NCBI GenBank assembly: GCA_028023455.1
Contig: JAQFVV010000005.1
Coordinates: 12,276,001 to 12,340,000, forward strand
Length of the DNA: 64,000 nt
Direction: 5' to 3'
From: Epiperipatus broadwayi
Taxonomy: Eukaryota > Animalia > Onychophora
In this document: piece by piece, positions 26,710-39,330 of the stretch
How positions within the stretch are numbered: position 1 is the stretch's first letter
Layout: the number at the start of each line of letters is the position of its first letter
Position numbers and translations under genes: made by a program
Notes under the pieces: model-generated
Seen by the model: the letters and a program-made list of their open reading frames with translations, nothing else
What the model was told of the DNA's origin: nothing
The model's database searches: none

Positions 26710-26795
26710 GATTGGAAGAATCATTTCGGCAAAAGGAATAACATTGTAACATAGGTTGCGTTGGCACAACACCACTAAAAAGTTGCCGACCCCTG
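26710..26795. mobile_element. Orphan hAT (Charlie/Buster-like) terminal fragment
   Basis: gttgccgacccctg is the reverse complement of a caggggtcggcaac-type TIR and is followed by ccttagat (central TA typical of Buster target sites). No partner TIR was seen. Confidence 0.45.
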
Positions 26796-26859
26796 CCTTA
26801 GATAATATTAAATATTTTATATTCTCAAAAATTTAAAGTACTCTTTTTTTATTGGAATA

Positions 26860-27840
26860 TGCATATCGAATAGATTACGGATTGATCGATAATCGACAGT
26901 ATTAAATTTTGTATATATCACATAGGAGAAAAATATATATCCAGCTACAGCACTTCGATTTTGCTAAAAAATTTTTTTCAATATTTATTTAATTATAATT
27001 TTACACTAAGCAGTTTGGCATCTAATAAACTAAACAAAGGTATATTTTTATTGGTTATGAGATTACTCTAAAAATTAAAGATTTTTTTTTACATTGAAAA
27101 TAAAATGTTTATAACGTGCTGATATCATCATCCTGTTTTAAAATCAATATATAGGGGAAAGTATTATAAGTTGCAACGAACAAAACTATCCTAAAAATTA
27201 AAATTGGTTTATAAATTATACGATCAAATAAGTCATTAAGTTAGAACCAGATTAATATATAAGTTCCATAGAATATAAGTCTACATGTAAATTGATATTG
27301 CTTTCACAATACGTGAAAATAATATACCAATAATGATATAAAATGATTCAATTAATAATTTTATCTTTAAACTACACATAAAACTAGTTTACAATAAAAC
27401 ATTATCAATATCTTTTTTGCGATCTATATAAATTATTTGTTTTAAATGTTAGAATATTCAACGAAAAAAATGTTAGACCATTAGAGATGCATCACAATCT
27501 TACCTAAATTTCAAAAAATATTGACACTGGAATTTATATTTTGAGAAATTTTCTTTATTTGCGAAGAGACACAAAATGGTTTATCTCAGGATAAAGTCCC
27601 ACAATGCAATATAAAATGGCTTCTCTTCCGCTGAAATGCAAGGTATTGCAACTGGTTTTGTCCGCAATCACCCTTAATAAGTGTAACATATTATTAGTTT
27701 GTATATATTGTACTTAAAAAACCCTTATTTAATTAATATATTTGCAAAAATCTGTCAATTTTTTTCTATTATTTTGTTCCTAATTTTTGGTCAACCCCCC
27801 CACCATACACTTAAAAAAAAAATAAGAAAAAAAACGACTT
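26860..27840. promoter_or_regulatory. CpG-retaining patch, candidate promoter region
   Basis: About fifteen CpGs in 1 kb by eye, versus about two in 12000-13400. It lies 3-4 kb upstream of the ZF pseudogene. Confidence 0.4.
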
Positions 27841-29798
27841 CAATTCATTTTTTAACAAAATCTTTCATATCATTATATATTACACATCTCCCAATTTTAC
27901 CATTTCTCCTCTGTCATGACTAAAACTTTTACATTCTAATAATAAAAATGTTGAACATTTTCTACCCTATATTTAGCGCAAATCTTTTTTCCACTTCTTA
28001 GTTGGTTCTTTTGTTTTTAAACTTCCTATTTTATCCTTAAATAATAAACCATGCTCCCAATATTATCATAAATATCTTCAGTTTTTCTTTTGATAGTGTT
28101 TTTCTACTATATATTTTTCATCTCCATAAAATCCTCCCCTTCTGACTTATTAAATTTTCTATCCCCATGACTAACACATGACGTGTAATATTTTATTGAA
28201 AACTTCAACCAATTTGTATGTAGATATATCGAAATGTAATTCCTTATTTTCTTTCATATTTTATTACCAATTTTAATTGATTTGTCTGAGATCCTTCCAA
28301 ATAATACAATTAGAAATTATTTTAACATTTCTGTCTTTATCCACAAATTGTAATCTTTACTAATTGAGAAAAAGTTGAGCATAGGGCAGTTTATAATGAA
28401 AACCAGATTTAAATTTGGAAACTACTATTACAATCAGAGGTATATTAATAATATGCAATCCATAGAAATGATAGAAATATTGTTCTCTTAATAATAACAT
28501 TTTATAAATATAACACTTTCATATTTATAACTTTTTTAATCAACATATATTCACTCCAGCTGATCATTGAATGTTAAAATTGCTGCTGCCAGACTTTGTC
28601 TCATATTCGCAAGTGGAAATGTTTTTTGAAATAAGTCCATATAGTATTAAGAAGTTGTGCCTTTGTTGGTCATTGCAGTGTGTTAGAAGATGAAAAATAT
28701 TAGTATTAGCTTATACATTATTTTTTCTAAGTGGAACCAATTTCACATTAAATCTGTAAAATAATATAGAATAAAATTATTCAGACTATGGCATGATGAC
28801 AGATATTCTTAGTACCATATACAATATGTTTGTGTTATGCCCTGAATGAACTGTCCTGATCATAAATATTTTTATTAAAATATATCAGTAAAGTAAGAAT
28901 AATATTTCAATCTGCCCTTTGCTCCCTATTATATTTTTAAAATATTTATAAATTTTAGAGTCACTATAATTCTGAAATGCAAATTTATTGATAAATATTG
29001 CATTATTGTTTCTGTATGATAAAATTATTTGAATCTCTGAGACTTATTGTCTTTGGATATAAGGTTCATGGATCATAACCAAACACAATTATTTGCAGTG
29101 CTTTAACCTCTTATGAACTCCCATGTAATAAATCATTTGATTTTTGCTTATTAATAAAGAAGCATTAATAAAAGAAGATCAAAATCAAAAATTTAAATAA
29201 GAAAATTAAAACCTGCACTTGGTATTTCAATATTAGCTATTGTGATAAAATGGTTTAGTTAATTGAATGTAATACAACAAAATTTTATTGGTTTTCATAT
29301 TTAATATAAAAAAAAAAACAAACAAGTGGAATTCATTTGGTTTTAATGGTTAAAATATTTTTTGTACAGCTCAAAAAAAAAAAAACATAATGAATTGTTT
29401 AAATCATCCAAGTGATGTTGTTATATTTTGATTCATAATGTTGTGATTCTTCTATTTCATATTCTCAGCTAACCACATTGATCATTGTAAGGCTCTATAT
29501 TCATTTTCTAATATTATTATAAGAAATGATTGAATCAATGAATACCAAAAGTCAATAGTTAAATTACCTAGATAATGAAAGTGTTTGGAAGGTTACAATA
29601 TACTTATAAAAATATATTAATAAAAATAGTAATTAATTGAAACATGTAGAGAATAGCAGATGTGTTTTATATTAATCAAAGTTAAATAGATGGTCAATTT
29701 ATTTATTTATACATACTGTATATAAGTAATTGGACGCAGAGAGAAGTTTGCTCTTAAATGAAAGGAGACCTTTTGATTTCTCTTTTCAGCTCTTAAAG

Positions 29799-32615
29799 CA
29801 AGAGTTCCCAAAGTGGTTAATTTGAATTTTCTAAGGGTCGATAGTTTCAATAAAAAAATTTGGGGGTTGACAACAGCAAAAATAGATCCCCTTACTACTG
29901 CTATTTTTTTTGTTACTTCAAAATATTTTTGATTCCAATAAATACATAATTAAGAAGTAAAATAATTAAAAAAAAACACTTTTTCAATAAAAATACATAC
30001 CAAACATGCGAATGAAAATGTAAAATGGATAATTAAAAGTCACAAATAAGAATGCATGAAAATACATGTATCAAAAACATGTCTGTGCATTGTCTTATCG
30101 AACATATCAAAGCAAGTGTGGACATGAAAAACCATTGCATATCCACACTTGCTTGCAGTGGGATGAGACAATATTAGCAGAATCTATCAGACTTGTATGA
30201 TCATGCTTTCATAAAATACTACAAATTGGTTTGTTTGATGTGACATGTACTTACTTGTGATTTGAACTTTGAATAAAATTATTTATTGAGAAGCAGAGTT
30301 TGAACAAAAATCTGTTTCAAGTAAGTATATACTTCATTGTTTTTGTTCTTTTTATCACAGGAGTTGTTGAAATTGTTTGTTAATAAAAAAATATATTTCT
30401 TATGATAATAATATGACTGAAACAAAAAAGAAATGCACATTACAGCTTGGATTATTTGAAACTAGGATTTGTCCCATCATTATCAAACAAACATTTATCA
30501 ATGTGCATCAGTCTTTAGCAACAATGCTATGAAATCATCAAAACTAGCAGATCACTTGAACAGAATTCATCATGACTAAAAAGAAAAAGATTTGTCATAC
30601 TTTTAATCAATTAAAAATAAAATTCTGAAGAGAACTACAATAGATATGCTTGTTTCATCATCGAGACAAAATGATGATGGATTAAGGGCATAGTACAACT
30701 TATTCCTACTCATCATGAAGTCTGGTGAGAGAAACTGATTCTACCAGACAATCATGGAGGTATTGAACATTGTACTCCACAAGATTTAATAAAAACGATT
30801 CATTTGGACAATAATGCAGTTCAAAGATTTATAGACAAAATGAGTCATGATGAAAACTGTTTGTGTAACCATTTGCAAAAAAAACTTTTTTCCCTACAAT
30901 TGTATGAATCAATATTACCTGGTAATGAAGTTTTGTTGCTGGCATATGTTCTCTTTATTCAAGATCAGGAAGTGCATGAAGAGCCACTTTTTGCTAGAAC
31001 TTTAGAAACTGACATTAGAGATGAATCGATTTTTAATTTAATGGAGCCATTTTTCAGGGAAAAAGTGATTACATCGACAAATATAATATCTGTTGTGACA
31101 GATGGACCTCCATCTATGATTGGTCGTTATCGCGGTTTCATAAGTTAACTGAAACAACACATACCCAAAATGCTTGCAGTTCATCCATAGGCAACATTTA
31201 GTATCCAAGAACATTAGCAACAAATTGCATCAATCACTTTAGTTTGCTTAATAGTTGTGAACAAAATATGAAGTAATGTTTTGAATACTAGATTGTTCTC
31301 TAGATTATGCGAGGAAAGAGATGAAAATTTCTATTGATTGATTCTCCATCACGAAGTCTGTTGGCTTTCAAAAGATTTATGTTTGGCAAAATTTTTTGCA
31401 CTTTTTCAATCTGTATTTCCAGTTTGAAAGAAAATTTATTTAAGAGTAAAACAGATATTACTTATTTAACTGACTTATTTGAAAAATTTAGTGATAATCT
31501 TATAGTGCAAGATTTTTGAAATTCAAATTTAGTGATGTTAATTTACAACTGCAAGAAGATAATTCAAATCTCATCAAAGCAAAATCAGTTATGTCAGCTT
31601 TTGTTGCCAGATTAATGTTTTTTTATACAAAATATTGCAAGATGTGAGCCAATTCTCCAACTTATTTAAGATAGGCACAATCCAAGAAGAAAACATCTTG
31701 CTGTATGTCAACCACTTGACGGCTCTTCACTTAGATTTCAAAACTAAATTCGAAGATATTCTATCATTGGAAAAACTGGACTGGATAATAAGCCCATATG
31801 CTACTAGTGCAGAACTAAATATAATTTTGCAAGATGAGCTGATAAACATCAGCACGAACGAGGATCTCATGGTACAATTCAAACACGGTTATCAAAAGTC
31901 TTGACTGCAACAAGATACAGTATTCCATTTCTGTAACCGGCTCTATGGACTGTTGTACAAAAGTATTTGCTAGCATTTCCATCATTTTATCTGGTAGAGA
32001 GAGGCTTCAGTGTAGCTTTAAACCTGCTTCAGAACAGACATTGATTACTTATCATCAAACATGGAGATTTGAAAATGCAACTCACTAATTTAAAACTTGA
32101 GATAAATTGCTGATAGATCATCAGATGCACCCATCTCATTAAATTCAGTTTTCCAAGCTAATTTATTTGGTATTCTTATTTTTATAATTCTGATTAAAAT
32201 CTTTTGTTGATGTTTAATTCTGTCTGAATATGTTGACTTTTTCACTTCATTTTTTATGTTTAATAAAGTGATTATCAATATTTGTATTTATTTTGAATTT
32301 ACATATTTATTTCAAAAAGGTCAAAAATAAAATAAAAACTCTTTTTTTTTGCTTTAATTTTTATTAGTGCAGATTTCGATAGATAATGCCATATTTTGTA
32401 GTCGTTTTATCTTTTTCAATCATTAATTACAAGTGATTAAAATTCATTAATTACAAGTGATTAAAATGATAAGTTTGATGTCTAGTGAAATATTTAATAT
32501 AGAGGACTGTAAAAATTTATTAATTTGAGTAAGTAAAGTAAATGACTAGAGGGTCAACTGTTTTAAAAGTTTTTGGTAAAGGGGTCTGCAACCGAAAAAA
32601 GTTTGGGAACTCTTG
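29799..32615 (+). mobile_element. Full-length but decayed Buster-type hAT DNA transposon
   Basis: Perfect 14-bp TIRs caagagttcccaaa / tttgggaactcttg. Flanking 8-mers tcttaaag / ccttaaat match at 6 of 8 with central TA. Transposase fragments: IHLDNNAVQRFID, FSLQLYESILPG, VTDGPPSMIG, FPSFYLVERGFS and HQMHPSH-stop at about 32141. Confidence 0.9.
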
Positions 32616-32939
32616 CCTTAAATGAACTGAGCAAGGCAGATGTGCAATGTCCATTTCATACTTTATTATTGTTACAGCCGTTATTATTACATGAATATTA
32701 TAAATGAATATGAATAGGCTGCTCATCCAGCATAGCATGGTGAGTTTACTGGATTTTTATCTTTAAATTAACAAACATCATGGTCTTTCTTTCCAATTAC
32801 CAGATAATCCATTATTGAAATATTAGTTGAATTTTCTTGAATATATAATAAATGTTAATGAATGATTTTTTTAAAATAGATATTTACATCATAATAGACA
32901 AAATTAAATTATAGTCCTTATTTCCAAGAGGCTGCAAAG

Positions 32940-33700
32940 TTAGTCAAGGCAGGCAGAAGGTGCTAAAAATCTTGATTGCAAACCCAAGGTGCCTTCAGGT
33001 ACGATCTTTTATTTAGATACATATAAATGCAGATTACTTTCAAGTGAAAAGAATGGTATTCTGTTAGACTTTATGAAGTTAGAAGATGAAGAGACAATTG
33101 ATTTAGAAAGTGGATGTGTATTTTACACAGATACATTGGAAACACAAATGGAATGGAATTCATTATAAATAAACAATGTAAGAACAACATTTAAGAAAAT
33201 TGATGGTATATCACAGATTGGCAATATTAGGTATTCAACTTAATGGAAGTTACCAAATGTAGATGTGAGTTTATGCTCCAATAATTGTGATAAAGAAGTA
33301 GAAAATATTTATTTGGATGTACAAAGAGCTTTTGATCAGAATAAATATTTTAAGATTGTCATGATAGACATTAATGTTAAAATTGGTAAATGATTAAAAT
33401 ATGAAAATATTGTGGTTACATTTGGTCATGATGACAGAAATAAAAGAAGAAACAAACTCATGGAATTCACAAAAAAAACTTCTATAATTTATTTATTAAG
33501 GAAAATGCTGAACTGAAATGGACATGGAAACATCCAAGCAAAGGTACAACAAATCTTAATTATATTTTGGATAGCAAAAAATATGTATTTCAAAATTGTA
33601 ATGTTCTTAACAGATTCTATACAGGAAGACATCATTAATAAGAATATAATTTACTTTATAGAGCAAAACTAGAAAAATTAAAGCTATTAAGATATTCCTA
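32940..33700 (+). mobile_element. RTE-clade LINE remnant, AP-endonuclease region
   Basis: Decayed motifs VYAP (about 33269), IDINVKIG (GDFNAKIG-like) and KWTWKHP (about 33517). Confidence 0.65.
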
Positions 33701-33825
33701 ACTTTTAGAAATATGAGAATTCACAAATCATTTAAAAATATTAACAGATTATGATGAAAGTTTAGAATTAATTGAAATCAATACGAAGAATAATAAGAGT
33801 TCTTGTGCAGGATATAGTAGGATTA

Positions 33826-34471
33826 TAATATGTACAGGACCAGGTTATAATCTAGAGCCACACAACTTGTAATATAACTTAAACTGACATATACATGTTT
33901 AAATAAATAATTTAACAAGTTTATTCACTCTGAATCTGGCAAATGGCTAATTTAAACAATAAACAATATTGATCATGGTTCATATATAAATATTTTTCTA
34001 ATTAGAGCTCACCTCTAACTCCAGATGAAATTAAAGCCTTTATTTTACTATTTATTTTCTTAAACTCCCATAATTTTAGACTATCATTCACTAGCAACAC
34101 CTTACTGCTCACACACATCTCTAGAGTCAATCATATTCAAATTGACAGGAGTTCTTTCCACTGCTAATACAGGTCTGTAACTGCACTATTAACTTTTCAC
34201 TCTGTACTTCGAATTTCACTAGTTTGCTTTTCACTTTACTTTATTTCTTCATTCTATTCTATTTTATATTCTCTCTCATTTGAGTTCTGCAGACATTTTA
34301 TTAACTTTATTAATTTGCATATTGTTAGATTTTATTATCATGCAAATTAGAATGTTAGTATTAATTCTTTTTTTCTGCATACAATTATTTCCAGAGTAAC
34401 TCAACATTACCTGTATCAACCAGTTTGTACCCACACATGCATATGTATAACTTTATTAACAGCAGATTACA
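33826..34471 (-). mobile_element. Solo LTR of the family flanking the 54079-57731 Gypsy element
   Basis: The reverse complement is collinear with 54079-54766 (ttcactagtttgcttttcacttt; tttattcactctga; ctagattataacctggtcctgtacatatta). It begins TGT on the minus strand. Confidence 0.75.
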
Positions 34472-35724
34472 AATAATTGATTTTTTTAATTTAGCTTAAA
34501 TTTATAAAATATTGTTCATGATTCTTATTACCCAAAAAATTCTGATTTTTTATTCTTCAAAGAAAATAAATAATATTCTAACATTTTATATATTCCTATG
34601 CAATATGTCTTGTACATGTCCAAATTACATATGTAGATATGCATAAAAATTATATATATATTGTGACCTTCCATGTTGGCACCAGGAAGAAATGTGGGAA
34701 GTTCACATTTGTGTTAACAATGGTTAAAGATAATTATCTTAGAAAAATGAATTGTGATGAGATTTGCTATTTGAAAATTAACTTTTAGAAAAATTAAACT
34801 TTAGTAGGATATACCGGTTGGTAAAATTTTAAACTATATTTAGTAGTGGAAGAGGGAGACAGAAAAACATCAGGGAATGTTGGTATAAGAGTAGAATTAG
34901 TAGGAAGGTTATAGCAGGTGTTGTTCATTGATGTTTAAATTATTGTCTACTCCAATCCAAGATTTAGCTTGTATATCTTTTTTTTTTATACAATTACTTA
35001 TAATGTCTAGGTTGTAATAGTAAAATTTACATGCAAAGCAAAACAGATATACTCATATATAATTGATTAAAATGATTTTCTTATTTATATTTTATTTTTT
35101 ATTTACTGCTTATGTAGTGTTTATAATATTACATTTGGAATTGTAAAGATTATCTCTGTGTTATTGGATAACATTTGTAAATCAATATTTAATATTTTTT
35201 TTTTGCCTTTTATTTTAATACTCTATTGTTGTCAGTTTATAAAGCAAGCTAGTTCTGGAGTGTTGCCAAGTGATTAATAATAATAAAAAAAAGAGGGCGT
35301 GAGGGAGTGTTGACAAGGAAAGTTGGAACAGACTACTTAGGAAAAAATAAGATGAACATGGAAAAATAAACCTGCAAGGTTCAGCTCTGACTTTACCAGC
35401 TAATGATTTGAGTTCACTGTATTTCAAATGCCTGAATACCACGTAAGAATATCCACTATAAGTCATTTAACATTTTGTTGTAAATCAATAATACTTGAAT
35501 TATCGAAAAATATTGGAAATGAAAATAATTATGAAAAAACATATTCAATACTATTGTGAAACACTTTATATATTTTCAGTTTTTAAAAGCCTATTCTTAA
35601 TATTACATAAAGTAAAATTAAAAAAAGAATTTATCCAATATAATTTGTTTTCTTAGTAAAAGAATTATAAATAAAGAATTTATTATTCATGTATCTACAT
35701 AAAATGAATAATAAAATGCATCAC

Positions 35725-36355
35725 TGAACGCTATTAAGTAATTGCTTATAAAAACACATGGTTATGGATGGATCGTTAACAATGGAAATAAAAATTATAT
35801 TAAGCATTAAAAATTGGAGGAATAAAACATAGACTTTATCAGGATTATATTATCAATCGGAAATTTTGGTTTTTAGTGATTAACAGAATAATTTCATTAT
35901 ATATCAATGTTATTTCGTATATTTACTAGAATATTTTAAAGTATCAGAAATTATCGTAACTTTTTCTAGATTAGTCTTCAACTAATAGAAGCAGCATATA
36001 CTTCGTTGACATTTCAATTTTTTAAATTTCAAGTTAATAACAATTCATCATCTAATGATTACATATTGATAAGTATATATATATTTTGTATACTAGAAAT
36101 GTAATTTTTATATATATTTTAAAAGCTAATGTAACTGGTTATTATTGTAAGACAATATATTGTCTTACATGATTTAAAAATCATTCTATACATAAATTTT
36201 ATATGTTCGAATGTGTGTGCACTGTTATAAATATTATTATTGTTTCCAAAATTATATTTTTATTTTATTTCAATTATGTCGTAAATAAGTTATAAATATT
36301 ATGATTGATAAATGCGTTATATTTATAACATTTTAAAGGCACACATATTCGAAAA
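35725..36355. promoter_or_regulatory. CpG-retaining patch, candidate promoter region
   Basis: About ten CpGs in 630 bp by eye, followed by plus-strand exon-like blocks at 36481-37260. Confidence 0.3.
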
Positions 36356-38020
36356 TATTGGTAATAAAGAAATAGTGAAGAAGACTATTATTAAAGTTAG
36401 TGTTTGCAATTAAATATTAAAATCTTTATAACATATCATATTCATTTCATTTTTTTTCTTCAACAATTCATTTCTTTCAGTATAAATGAGATGTTAGCTT
36501 GAGAGAAGTGTACTTTATCTAAGTAAGAAGGGAAGTGTTATAGTTGATAGCAGGATGTATAAAATATATATATATTTTGTTATTTTGTCATTTATTTTCA
36601 ATAAATGTTTTATTGAATTAATATCCCATATGAACTGTTTATTATACATGTTCGATTCTTCATTTCCACACACACACATATGGTTAATATAGCATAGTTA
36701 TAGAATATCTAGATTTGCCAGTAGAAGTCAAATTTATTTAATTTGTCTGGAGTTGATAGATCCCAATATTACAGTGCCAATATTATATTATACTTTGCTT
36801 AGAATAGGCAGTGATGTGGATATAAAGTTACCCGATCCTCATCATTGTCTATCCTGTAATAAATGTGATAATTGATAATTTTGCAATGGTGTCATAATTG
36901 AATAAATGCATGGAATATGATTAAATTAGTGTTACAGAATTGTTATCCATAAATGTTCTATTACTCTTATTTGCATCCTATATGAATACCATGTCCTATA
37001 ATCTCAACTGAGCTAAGCCATAGAATAATTACAGTATAAGAATCTTTTTAAATAAGTTAAAAAACAATTATAGTTATAAATTTTATTCTATCTTGTATAG
37101 AATTGGTGCCTGGGCATTTATAAATCTAATAAAGTGAATAGAGGAAGAAGGCAGAGGTTACAATATATATATAATAAGCTCTGATGGCGATTATAAGCAA
37201 CTTTGGAGTATAACAAAATTTATAAATAAACAATGTAAATTTATTTTTAAAATGAAATAAAAAAAGGTTAAAGTTTAGTATGTTATGAAACTGGAAGTAC
37301 ATTATCAAATGAAATAATTAGTTTTCTTCTGACCTGTTTCAATCAAGATAGTAATGCTAATATTTTTTGTTTGTTTTTTTTAGGATAGACCAAATTTATA
37401 AATTTGAATTTAAAAAATTGTTTATCTTCTTAATATACTTTATTATATTTGATAGAAAAAATAAATAAAATGTTTTCTATATGGTTTTTTTTTTCTGAAT
37501 TGTGAACATTCATGCTTTAGTAATTTTGTACACAATATTTGTAATTATAGTATTATATAATTTCTTTTTTATTCATAATGTTGTAGTCATCATTAAAAAA
37601 ACAGTTCTCTATATCTTGTGTCTATGCTGAAAATTAACTGAAAATAATTTTTACTTCTTACTTAACTACATGTGCACACTCATATATTTGTGCATGTTAT
37701 TATTAGACTGGTGAACTTATGATACTGGTTGGCATTTATTTCCAGTTTGGAAAATATTTCAACTTTTTATTATTTAAATAAAGTTTTGAATTAATGTGCA
37801 ATCCAAATAATTTGTTCCATTTCAGTATTTTTAAGTGTTGTAGGCTTGCAAGTAGCTAAGTTTATTACTCAGCTTTAAAAAATTGAATTATTTAGTAATT
37901 ATAAGAAGGAAAAATGTTGCAAATTTCATTTTAAATTATGAAAATTTAATAATTTGGTAATAAAAAAATTTGAATATATAAAAAAATTTTCAATAATATT
38001 ACCATCAAGCTATATTAACC

Positions 38021-38172
38021 ACTGAACATTACATGATTGGATGAATAGGCATTAGGGCTTTTATGCACAAACTTTCTTGCATCCATTGATTGCTCTGGCT
38101 TGCAGGTGGCACTACTATATGGAAAGTTTAGCCTCTGTTTTAACAGCTTGTGTAAGCATAGGAAATGCTGAT
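38021..38172 (+). mobile_element. Family A repeat, internally deleted copy lacking the HHR-like core
   Basis: Starts with actgaac like full copies, jumps to attggatgaataggc (just 3' of the core) and continues to the agcataggaaatg tail. Confidence 0.75.
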
Positions 38173-38243
38173 TTAGCCAATCCTGTCCATGAGATGATGG
38201 TGACAATGGCTGTTAAAGAACCAAAGACAGCCAAAATATAAAT

Positions 38244-38552
38244 ACTGAACTGGGTCCAGGTCTATATAATCATACAAGTTTTATGAGCTTTGATTTAAAA
38301 CATCATGTTTTCAATTTGAACTCATAGCTTTATAGTTAACTAAAAAGATAAAAGATGGCTTCTAGAAAGATTGCATTAGATCTTAAGATCTAAGTGCATT
38401 GCTTTCAAATCTAAGGTTCCTCACTGATGAAAGCTATAAGCTAGAAACTAGTCTGGGAATATTGGATGAGTAGGCACTAGATAGGGATTTTATGCACAAC
38501 CCTTTTTGCATCCATTGATTACTCTGATTTGCACTGGGTGGCTACACTGGCA
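38244..38552 (+). mobile_element. Family A repeat with HHR-like core (CUGAUGA 38424-38430, GUC 38451-38453)
   Basis: Collinear with 26384-26700. Core reads UUCCUCA CUGAUGA A AGCU-AUA-AGCU A GAAAC-UA-GUC|UGGGAA. Confidence 0.85.
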
Positions 38553-38799
38553 CTAATGTACAAAGAAAAAAAATATGAATTTTTTTTTTAAACGACCCAT
38601 TAAGAATTATATAACTGAAAATTAGCAAAGAAAACTGTAGAAGGAAAAAGACTCAAAATCATAAAACAATATCTTGGTATAAGAAGGAAAGTTGTTTCAG
38701 CAATAAGAAAAGATTGAACTATCAATGACAAAAAAAAAATGTCATTATAAAATGTGTGGATGGCTTTGATAAAAAGTTCAATAGATTTTCTTTGATGAA

Positions 38800-39330
38800 A
38801 ATAAAATGTGATAATCATAAATTAGAAATTAATAATTATTAATGGAGACATAATGGATGAAATTAATTATAGAATTAAACTTCATTGGAATGTTTTTGAT
38901 AAAAATAACTTAGCATTAAAAAAAAAAGTTTTTAATATTTGTATTTTATCTGTTCTTACTGATGAATCAGAGACTTGGACACTTAACTAAAACACAATAG
39001 AAACTTCAGACAACTCAATAAAGTGTAGAGATGTATATTGGAATATAAAAAGAATGAAAATGAAATACATGAGTGAGAGAATAAACAGATTTGAGTGACA
39101 TTAATGAAAATATTAAGGGACTGAAATAGAGCTGGGCTTGACATATTACTAAACGAAATGGCAATAAATGATTAATTAGAGTTTTAAATTAAATCCCAAG
39201 AGATTGTAAAAAATTTGGAAAAATATCATGTGAAAAAGATGAATGAAATACAGAAATTAGCTGATGAGATGTGAAGAAGAGGCTAGAAATCAGAGAAACT
39301 AAATTAAATTTAGAGATACCTATGGATGAA
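38800..39330 (+). mobile_element. RTE-clade LINE remnant, ORF C-terminus
   Basis: Decayed EINYRIKLHW, CILSVLTDESETWTL (CILPVLTYGSETWTL-like) and LK*SWA*HI (LKWSWAGHI-like). Confidence 0.7.

Noticed and set aside
27900-28400. Possible LINE C-terminal remnant (KICAKYRVEKCSTFLLLECKSF) on the minus strand
   Set aside because: Single weak motif with multiple stops.
34652-35172. TG...CA-bounded purine-rich segment resembling a solo LTR
   Set aside because: No TSD, no second copy and no adjacent internal domain.
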